From NCBI GenBank assembly GCA_965263055.1, contig OZ253581.1, forward strand, positions 553,650 through 617,649: 64,000 nt of DNA, given 5' to 3'. Source of the stretch: Vicinamibacterales bacterium. Lineage in GTDB: Bacteria > Acidobacteriota > Vicinamibacteria > Vicinamibacterales > UBA8438. The translations under genes were made by a program, and so were the position numbers. The notes beneath the pieces were generated by a model that had not been told where the DNA came from, did no database searches, and saw only the letters and a list, made by a program, of their open reading frames with translations. How positions within the stretch are numbered: the first letter of the stretch is position 1; the number at the start of each line of letters is the position of its first letter. Shown here one piece after another: positions 17,279 to 24,455 of this stretch.

Positions 17279-19207
17279 ATGAGTACAGCAATTCGCGCGC
17301 TCTCGATTGCGGCAGCCATCGCGCTGTTCCCGGCGACGGACGGGCTGGCGCAGATCACCGAGTTCAACGTGGAGGTAGTCGAGTCGCCGGCGCTCGACGG
17401 GCAGCGCTTCGGTGAGGTGGGCCAGTACGAGCGGCTCCGGGGCATCGTGACGGGTGCGGTCGACCCGGCCGATCGGCGCCACGAGCACATCGTCAACCTC
17501 GATCGCGCACCCCGCAACGCGGCGGGCCTGGTGGCGTATCGCGCCACGGTGGAGATCTACCGCCCGGTCGACATGAGCCAGTGGAATGGCGCCATCTTCC
17601 ACACGGTCTCGAACCGGGGCGGAGCGGGAGCGGCCGAGCCCGCGCTGCTCGAGCGCGGGTTTGCCTTCGTCCGAGTGGGATGGCAGGGCGAGTTGACGCC
17701 GACGGAAACGAACATCGTCGCCTACCTGCCGGTCGCGACGAACCCCGACGGCTCGCCGATTGTCGGGCCGGCCCTCGAGGAGTTCATCTTCAATAATGCC
17801 GAGCCCCGCTCGCGCGGCCGCCTGACCTATCCCGCCGCCTCGCTCGACCCCGGGGGCGGGATGCTTTCGGTCCGTGCGAACCAGAACGGCAAGCGGGAGG
17901 CACCGCCGGATCTCGAGTGGCGCTACGTCAGCGATCGGGAAATCGAGATCGAGCGGCCGGTCGGCTCCGACGGCGGGGCGATCTACGAGTTCATCTACCA
18001 GGCGAAGGATCCGCTCGTGCTCGGACTCGGCTTCGTCGCGATGCGTGACGCCATCTCTTTCCTCCGTTACGAAACCGCTGACGCCACCGGCAACCCGAAC
18101 CCGCTCGCCACGGGGGACGGGCTCGCGGCCACTGCCCTGTCGCTCGGCATCTCCCAGAGCGGCCGGATGCTGCGGGACTTCCTCTATCAGGGGTTCAACG
18201 AGGACACCGCCGGCCGCATGGTTTTCGACGGCATCCACCCGAACATCGCCGGGTCGCGCAAGACGTTTACCAACTATCAGTTCGGCCAGCCGGGGCGCTG
18301 GCAGAAGCAGCACGAAGACCACGTGTACCCGGGCGATCAGTTCCCGTTCACCTACGCCACGCTGACCGATCCGCTCAGCGGCCGGACGGACGGCCTCCAG
18401 GAGCGGTGCCGCACTTCGAACACGTGCCCGAAGATCGTGCACAGCGACGGCGAGGCGGAGTTGTGGCAGGCGCGCGCGTCCCTGATCGTCACCGACCCCA
18501 AGGGACGGCACATCGACTTGCCGGACAACGTCCGCGCGTATCTCCTGTCCGGCACCCAGCATGGAGGCGGTCCGGGAGTCCACACGCGGCCGCCGAGCCG
18601 CGGGATGTGCCAGAACCTGAACAATCCTCTGGCGCTGGCGCAGACGCGGACCGCCCTGAGCGTCACCCTGTACGAGTGGGTGGCGAACGGGGTCGAACCG
18701 CCGCCGAGCCGGTTCCCGACCGTCGCCGGGGGCGGTCTCGTTCCCGCGGGCGCACTCGGTTTTCCCGACATCCCGGGAGTGACGTACTCCGGGTCGTACA
18801 ACCCACTGCGCCTGGCGGACCACCGCTCGCTCCCCCCGATGCACGGCGATGCCTACACGGTGTTGGTCGGGCGCGTCGACGCGGACGGCAACATGCTGGA
18901 CGGCGTGCGGCACCCCAACCTTGCGGCGCCGGTCGGGACATACACCGGCTGGAACCTCCGGCGTGACGGCTTCGCCGAAGGGGCGCAGTGCGCCGGAACC
19001 GGCTCGTTCGTCCCGTTCGCAGCAACCGAAACGGCGCGTAGGGAGTCCGGCGATCCGCGCCCGTCGCTCGAAGCGCGGTACGCCGACCACGCCGCTTACG
19101 TTCGCGCCGTTTCCGAAGCGGCCGACGCGCTGGTGGAAAGCCGGGTCCTGCTTCCAGTTGACGCGGACGCCATCGTGGATCGGGCACGTGCCGCTGGAAG
19201 CAACTAG
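17279..19207 (+). CDS. Secreted hypothetical protein (642 aa), possibly of the large 'alpha/beta hydrolase domain-containing' family
   Basis: GGAGG RBS. Signal peptide MSTAIRALSIAAAIALFPATDGLAQ. The long antisense 735-aa ORF is judged an artefact. The family assignment is recollection only. Confidence 0.6.
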   Translation: MSTAIRALSIAAAIALFPATDGLAQITEFNVEVVESPALDGQRFGEVGQYERLRGIVTGAVDPADRRHEHIVNLDRAPRNAAGLVAYRATVEIYRPVDMSQWNGAIFHTVSNRGGAGAAEPALLERGFAFVRVGWQGELTPTETNIVAYLPVATNPDGSPIVGPALEEFIFNNAEPRSRGRLTYPAASLDPGGGMLSVRANQNGKREAPPDLEWRYVSDREIEIERPVGSDGGAIYEFIYQAKDPLVLGLGFVAMRDAISFLRYETADATGNPNPLATGDGLAATALSLGISQSGRMLRDFLYQGFNEDTAGRMVFDGIHPNIAGSRKTFTNYQFGQPGRWQKQHEDHVYPGDQFPFTYATLTDPLSGRTDGLQERCRTSNTCPKIVHSDGEAELWQARASLIVTDPKGRHIDLPDNVRAYLLSGTQHGGGPGVHTRPPSRGMCQNLNNPLALAQTRTALSVTLYEWVANGVEPPPSRFPTVAGGGLVPAGALGFPDIPGVTYSGSYNPLRLADHRSLPPMHGDAYTVLVGRVDADGNMLDGVRHPNLAAPVGTYTGWNLRRDGFAEGAQCAGTGSFVPFAATETARRESGDPRPSLEARYADHAAYVRAVSEAADALVESRVLLPVDADAIVDRARAAGSN

Positions 19208-19369
19208 GAGCCCGGGGTGAAACCCCGCGTAGCACCGAGAGCGGTGAGGCGCCCGCCTGACAAGGCGCGACGAGGGAGCATATTGGCCATAGGCGACCGA
19301 GGAGCAACGCCGTTCAGGCGGGATGCCCCGCCGCTCGAATGTAGTGGGGGTTTCACCCCGGGCTCCTGG
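19204..19369 (+). mobile_element. 166-bp MITE/REPIN-like element, copy 2
   Basis: Same orientation as copy 1, with a few substitutions (GGGGTG for GTGGTG in the TIR). The right flank is TG instead of TA. Its first 4 nt, CTAG, contain the stop codon of the upstream gene. Confidence 0.8.
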
Positions 19370-19671
19370 AAATCGACGGCGATACCGATCACCAGCTCCG
19401 TGGGCCCGTCCGCCTCGGCGTTCAGGGGAGGCCAATCATTCCTGAAATCCGCCTGACCCTGCGGATTCCGGCGTGGCTGTCGCGGGGGCCGCTCCCCGCC
19501 GGCGTTTCCATCGCCGCAGGGTTCGCGGCACTCAACCTGCTGCTGTTCGTCCCCCTCTACCTCCTCTACTCGCAGGAGAACAACTTCTGGCCCTTCTTTC
19601 CCCTGGGACATCCCCGGGGGGATTACGACTGGGGATGGCCGGGCATCGGGCGCAGCACGTACGAGTACGTA

Positions 19672-21264
19672 ATGCAGTTGTTCGTCCGGCGCTACAACAA
19701 GGACATCTTTCGGGTCAGCGCGGACTGGATTTTCATCGTCTCGTCGCTGGTTCTCGCTAGCCGGTTCGCGAGCACCTGGCGGAGGGCCGCGGTGCCGCTC
19801 GCGGGGCTCGCCTACGCCGCGCTGCTCGCGTTCATGGCATACAGCGGCTTTGTCCACTACCTCTTCGATCGCCCCGGCACGCTGCTTGATGATGTCCTGA
19901 TGCTCGAGAGCGCCTGGATCGTGGTGCGCGACACCTGGGGGCCGACCGATTTCCTCTACTCCGCCTTCCTGCTGGCCACGGCAGTCGGGCTGGGCCTGCT
20001 GGTGACGCGCTATCTCCAGGCGGCATGGCGCTGGGGGGCCGGCCTCGACCCGCGGCGCGTGGCGGCCGGGTGCGTGATGCTCAACGCGTACTGCTTGCTG
20101 TCGCTCACCTGGTTCGGCGTAGCGCGGGACGATCCGATCATTCAGCTACAGGCAAAGCACCTGGTCTACAACTGGCAACGGTCTCAGGACGTGCTGGCCA
20201 CCGTCGAGGCGCTGGACAGTTCCGTGGTGCGGGTTGCCGCCAGCCTGGGCAACACGACACCGGTGCGCCGCCCCGACATCTATCTGTTCTCGGTCGAGTC
20301 GTACGGCGCGACGCTGTGGGCGGACGACGACTACCGTGTCGCGCGACAGGGTCTGATGCGCAAGGTGCAGAGCGAACTGGGCGAAGTCGGGCTGCCCATC
20401 TTCACGCGCTTCGCGGCCTCTCCGGTGTACGGCGGCGGATCCTGGATGAGTACGGCGTCGGCCCTGAGCGGAATGCGGATCGGCAACCATTCGTTGTACT
20501 GGGCGTGGAAGCGCATGGCTCACCGCTATCTCCATCTGATCGCCTACCTGCAACGCAATGGTTACTACACGCTGTCGGTTCAGCCCGGCGCCACGTGGAC
20601 CGAGGATCTCTACGACTACGACGAGGTAATCATTCGCGAAGATTTCTCTTACGACGGCTTTGCCTACGGTTTCGGCCACGTGCCGGACCAATGGGCTCTC
20701 GACTACGCGTTCCGCAACCACTGGAGCCGGCGCCCGCGTCCCCGGCTGCTTCACTTCGTGGCCACCTCCACGCACTATGCATGGGATCCGCCGCCCCGGA
20801 TTACGGAGGACGTCGCGGACCTGGAAATGCCGCAACCGACCTTTCTCGAGACCCGGCCCGACTATGTAGAGCTGGCGCTGACGGTTCCCCAGGGTCAGAA
20901 GCGGGATTTCTTCGTAACCGTGGCCTACGAGTGGGAGCTGTTGCTCGAGGCGTTCCGGAATCGGATCGAACCCGATTTCATCGCGCTGATTCTTGGCGAC
21001 CACCAGCCGCCGTTCATCACGGACGGCCAGGGCGACAGTGATGTCGCCCTCCATGTCGTTACGGACATTCCCGCGCTTCCGGGACTGCTGGCGGGGGCAG
21101 GCTTCGCGGCGGGCGGAAACGTGCCCTGGAAGCCCTCCGTGTCGACGGAGTTCGGGATGGAAGGCATTTATCCCTTCCTGTTGAGTCTGCTGTCCGCGGA
21201 AGCAGGAGACACCCTGGAGTACAGCCCGACCGGCATCGCGGTCCCGGAGTTGCCGACGTGGTAG
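19672..21264 (+). CDS. Membrane-anchored alkaline-phosphatase-superfamily (sulfatase/LTA-synthase-like) protein; the true start is probably upstream (see findings)
   Basis: N-terminal TM helices, then PDIYLFSVESYG and GGGSWMSTASALSGM segments reminiscent of sulfatase-like transferases. The frame is open and membrane-protein-like back to nt 19345. Confidence 0.55.
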   Translation: MQLFVRRYNKDIFRVSADWIFIVSSLVLASRFASTWRRAAVPLAGLAYAALLAFMAYSGFVHYLFDRPGTLLDDVLMLESAWIVVRDTWGPTDFLYSAFLLATAVGLGLLVTRYLQAAWRWGAGLDPRRVAAGCVMLNAYCLLSLTWFGVARDDPIIQLQAKHLVYNWQRSQDVLATVEALDSSVVRVAASLGNTTPVRRPDIYLFSVESYGATLWADDDYRVARQGLMRKVQSELGEVGLPIFTRFAASPVYGGGSWMSTASALSGMRIGNHSLYWAWKRMAHRYLHLIAYLQRNGYYTLSVQPGATWTEDLYDYDEVIIREDFSYDGFAYGFGHVPDQWALDYAFRNHWSRRPRPRLLHFVATSTHYAWDPPPRITEDVADLEMPQPTFLETRPDYVELALTVPQGQKRDFFVTVAYEWELLLEAFRNRIEPDFIALILGDHQPPFITDGQGDSDVALHVVTDIPALPGLLAGAGFAAGGNVPWKPSVSTEFGMEGIYPFLLSLLSAEAGDTLEYSPTGIAVPELPTW

Positions 21265-21306
21265 CCCGCGGTTGACCGGGATACGGCCATGAGCGGGTTG
21301 CCGGGG

Positions 21307-21472
21307 CTAGGAGCCCGTGGCGAAACCCCCACTACATTCGAGCGGCGATGCATCCCACCTGAACGGCGTTGCTCCTCGGTCGCATATGGCCAATAGGCTC
21401 CCTCGTCGCGCCTTGTCAGACGGGCGCCTCACCGCTCTCGGTGCTACGCGGGGTTTCACCACGGGCTCCTAG
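21307..21472 (-). mobile_element. 166-bp MITE/REPIN-like element, copy 3 (inverted relative to copies 1 and 2)
   Basis: Reverse complement of copies 1/2 with about 10 substitutions. Its right-hand CTAG supplies the stop codon of the minus-strand gene 21469..23916. Confidence 0.8.
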
Positions 21473-23916
21473 CGAAGGCGTTCCGCGACGCCCCGCAGCG
21501 TAGCCGCCAGCCCGCCGAGGCGCTCCTGGCTACTTCCCGTCGCGGCGGCGCTCTGCTCCTCCACTCGCTCCGCGGCGGTAACCAGCTCCGCCGCCAGCCC
21601 CGCGTCTCTGTCCGCGCCCTCCGCGCGATCGAGCAGGTTTGACAACGCCGTGCGGCGTTCCGCGGAGAGTGTGTCGCTGCGGCCGAGCTGGTCGAGGTAG
21701 GCGCGGGCGACAACCGGCCGCGCGGACCAGTCGATGCGCCGCTGCTGCTGGGCGTTGAACCCAGGCGGCGCGACTGACGCGGCGGCAGCGAGCTCGTTCA
21801 CTGTCAGGTGTTCGCTCGGGAGCAGCTCCAGCACGTCGAGCCCGCGGGCGATCTCCGTGCCGTAGATGTAGCCCCGGTACCAGTACGCCGACCAGAAGCC
21901 GCCCATCACGAGCCGCTCACTGTCAATCGGGCCGCGGTCGAAGTACGCGATCTCGACCGGATTCACCGAGTCGGTGAAATCGAAGACCGAGATGCCTCCC
22001 TGGTACCACGCCTGCACCATGATGTCGCGGCCCGGCACCGGCACGAGGGAGCCGTTGTGCGCCACGCAATTCTCCCGTTCGGTCTGGGGCACGGGCAGCT
22101 TGTAGTGGCTGCGGAACTCCAGCCGGCCGTCGACGATGTCGTAGATGGCGTTCGCCCCCCACTCGCGGGGGTCGGACGCACGGCAGCGCGGGCGCCCGCC
22201 GCCGCCCCATTCGTCGGTGAAGATCACCTTGGTGCCGTCATTGTTGAACGTCGCCGAGTGCCAGTAGGCGAACGAGGGGTCGGTCGCGTCGTCAAGCCGG
22301 GCCGGATTGACCGGGTCGGAAATGTCCAGCAGGATGCCGTTCCCGGAGCACGCCCCGGCCGCCAGGCCGATCTCCGGGAAGGCGGTGATGTCGTGGCACC
22401 GGCTGCTCTCCGAGGTGCGCTGCGTGCCCGGGCCGTGGTCGCCGCCGCGCCACAGGCCAGCGACGTTGCCGGTCTCCGGGTCCCGGAAGACGAAGGGTCG
22501 GCTGACGACGCCTGCCTCCTCGGGCCGCGCCAGCGGGATCCGGATGACGTCGATCCGGAAGAGCGCGGTGTCCGGGTTCTCGGCCGGCGATTCGTCCGAG
22601 CAGCCCTCGAGCTCCTCCCCGGAACGGACGGAACCGGTTCCGGAACCGTAGACGTAGACGTTGCCCTCGTCGTCGGGATCGGTCACCACGGTATGGGTAT
22701 GCGATCCGCGGCAGGTCTGCACCGCCGCCACCTGCCGGGGCATCCGCATATCGCCGATGTCGAAGATCCGGATACCGCGGAAGCGCTCTTCGCTGACCGG
22801 CTCCGCGACCCCCTGCAACCCGCAGTCGAGCCGGCCCCGCGTCTGCTCGACCGACATGATCAACAGGTTGCCCACGACGGAGACGTCGCCCTGACCGCCG
22901 GGGCAGACCACGGAAGTAACCAGTTGGGGCGAGGCCGGGACTTCGACGCGATAGGTGTTGAACCCGTGGTAGCTGCCTACGAAGACCTGGTCGCCGGCGA
23001 ACGCGAGATCGGTGTTTCCGAAGTTGAGCAGACCGCGCCGCCGCCGGTTCTGCCGGTCGTCTTCTTCTTCCGCCGCTTCCGCCGCGCCCGCATTCGCTGG
23101 CGCATTCCCGGTCTGCGCGGCATTCGTCTCCGGCGTCTGCCCGGCCGCGTTGGGATCGTAGAAGCCATCCGGCTTCGGGCGCGTCGCGACGAGCGCCATG
23201 TTCCAGACCGCCTCGCCGGCGTCATTCAAACCGGACGCGAGGTCGACCCTCGGATCGACCGTCAACTGTCCGAGCAAGGCGTCCATCCGGTCGATTTCCA
23301 TGCTCTGGTCGGCCTCTATGTCGGAGGTGAACGCGAAGAGCTGCGAATCCTGCGCCGCGCCGGGTTGGTCGAGGAGGTTCTCGACCATCGTCAGGGCGCC
23401 GCCATGGTGCTTGATCATCAGTTCGAGGAAGAGCCGGTCGAAGTCGACCCCGTCCGCCGCGGCGAGCTGGTCCATCTCTTCCGGGGTCAGCATGCCCGGC
23501 ATCGGCATCCAGTCGGGCGCATGATGCGCGTCCGTCTCCGTAACCGTCTGGCCGCGCTCGCGCAGCCACTCCTGCATCATCTCGATCTCGTCTTCCTGGG
23601 AGAGCTCGATGCGCCGCGCCATCTGCCGCATGGCGTCGCTCGCGGGGCGGGGATCGAGCAACTCTGTCATCTCCAGCGCCTGGGCGTGGTGAGGGATCAT
23701 CCCCTGCATGAACTTCACGTCGGCGTCGGTGAACCGGATGCCGGCGAGGTCCGAGGCTTCGGCAGCGGAAATCGAGCGGCTCGGCTCACCCGGCGCGCCG
23801 GGCTGCACGATCGGAGGTTGTTGCGCCTGGCTGGCTGCGGCGCCGAACCACAGAAACGCCGCGCCGGCCAGAACGATCGTGGCGGCGGATGGCCTGCGGA
23901 GATGCTGGAGGTTCAT
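21469..23916 (-). CDS. Secreted fusion protein: N-terminal DUF305 (four-helix, His-rich) plus a C-terminal LVIVD-type beta-propeller
   Basis: Two DUF305 half-motifs, MIPHHAQALEM and MIKHHGGALTM. The downstream region has GNLLIMSVE-type repeats. Start at MNLQHLRRP (AGGAGA RBS), with a signal peptide. Confidence 0.7.
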   Translation of the reverse strand: MNLQHLRRPSAATIVLAGAAFLWFGAAASQAQQPPIVQPGAPGEPSRSISAAEASDLAGIRFTDADVKFMQGMIPHHAQALEMTELLDPRPASDAMRQMARRIELSQEDEIEMMQEWLRERGQTVTETDAHHAPDWMPMPGMLTPEEMDQLAAADGVDFDRLFLELMIKHHGGALTMVENLLDQPGAAQDSQLFAFTSDIEADQSMEIDRMDALLGQLTVDPRVDLASGLNDAGEAVWNMALVATRPKPDGFYDPNAAGQTPETNAAQTGNAPANAGAAEAAEEEDDRQNRRRRGLLNFGNTDLAFAGDQVFVGSYHGFNTYRVEVPASPQLVTSVVCPGGQGDVSVVGNLLIMSVEQTRGRLDCGLQGVAEPVSEERFRGIRIFDIGDMRMPRQVAAVQTCRGSHTHTVVTDPDDEGNVYVYGSGTGSVRSGEELEGCSDESPAENPDTALFRIDVIRIPLARPEEAGVVSRPFVFRDPETGNVAGLWRGGDHGPGTQRTSESSRCHDITAFPEIGLAAGACSGNGILLDISDPVNPARLDDATDPSFAYWHSATFNNDGTKVIFTDEWGGGGRPRCRASDPREWGANAIYDIVDGRLEFRSHYKLPVPQTERENCVAHNGSLVPVPGRDIMVQAWYQGGISVFDFTDSVNPVEIAYFDRGPIDSERLVMGGFWSAYWYRGYIYGTEIARGLDVLELLPSEHLTVNELAAAASVAPPGFNAQQQRRIDWSARPVVARAYLDQLGRSDTLSAERRTALSNLLDRAEGADRDAGLAAELVTAAERVEEQSAAATGSSQERLGGLAATLRGVAERLR

Positions 23917-24089
23917 GGGATCGTCTCCTGCCGGGTTGAACGTGTGGCGTGCACGGCATCTTATAGGCTTCGGACCCGGAGTCGGCCTCATCCGCACCTT
24001 CACGGGAACAGAGGACCTCGACCGAGCGGCGGCCCGCTGCGTCGCGTTTCACAGTCATGATGTCCTCTTGGTGGAAGGAGGCGGCATCG

Positions 24090-24440
24090 GATGCGCTACG
24101 AGGATCAGGCGATGGCCGCGGCCGCTTCCGCGCTGAACGCCGCGCGTTCCTTCGCCGAACGAAAACGGATCTCGGTGTCGAGCGAGAGGGTGGCCAACCG
24201 CTTGCCGGTGTCCCGCGACCGGTCCGAGCGCCGTCGGGGACACGACGTATGACGTGGCCGTGGCAACCAGCCGGCGTTCGGTCAATCCCCCCACTTTTGC
24301 GTTGCTCCACGACGCGGGCCAATCCGTGCTTCTCCAGAGCCCGCACGTGATGGTTGACCTTCTGCCGCGAGCTCCGGCGGCCGAACACCCCACCTTGCAC
24401 GTGGCGGCCACCCGGAGCAGCCGCAGCGTCCCGTGCAATC
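24090..24440 (-). pseudogene. Decayed ArsR/SmtB-like winged-helix regulator
   Basis: The recognition-helix-like SRQKVNHHVRALEKHGLARVVEQRK is in one frame. Its natural continuation VGGLTERRLVATATSYVVSP is in a second frame. A plausible C-terminus DRSRDTGKRLATLSLDTEIRF...AAAAIA is in the third frame. Confidence 0.4.
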
Positions 24441-24455
24441 ACGACCGCGCTACTA

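Noticed and set aside
17228-19435. 735-aa minus-strand ORF antisense to the 642-aa secreted protein. Similar long antisense ORFs include 819..2171 (+), 2168..4207 (+), 9651..11039 (+), 21808..24060 (+), 24354..26267 (+), 26746..28185 (-), 31429..32808 (-), 35731..38202 (-), 38535..40283 (-), 41758..43425 (+), 48251..50278 (+), 52094..53980 (+), 54743..56416 (+), 56570..58243 (+) and 59447..62401 (+).
   Set aside because: Their translations are Arg/Gly/Pro/His-rich low-complexity strings with no motifs. This is typical of stop-codon-poor antisense frames in high-GC DNA. In each case the opposite strand carries a protein with clear family motifs.
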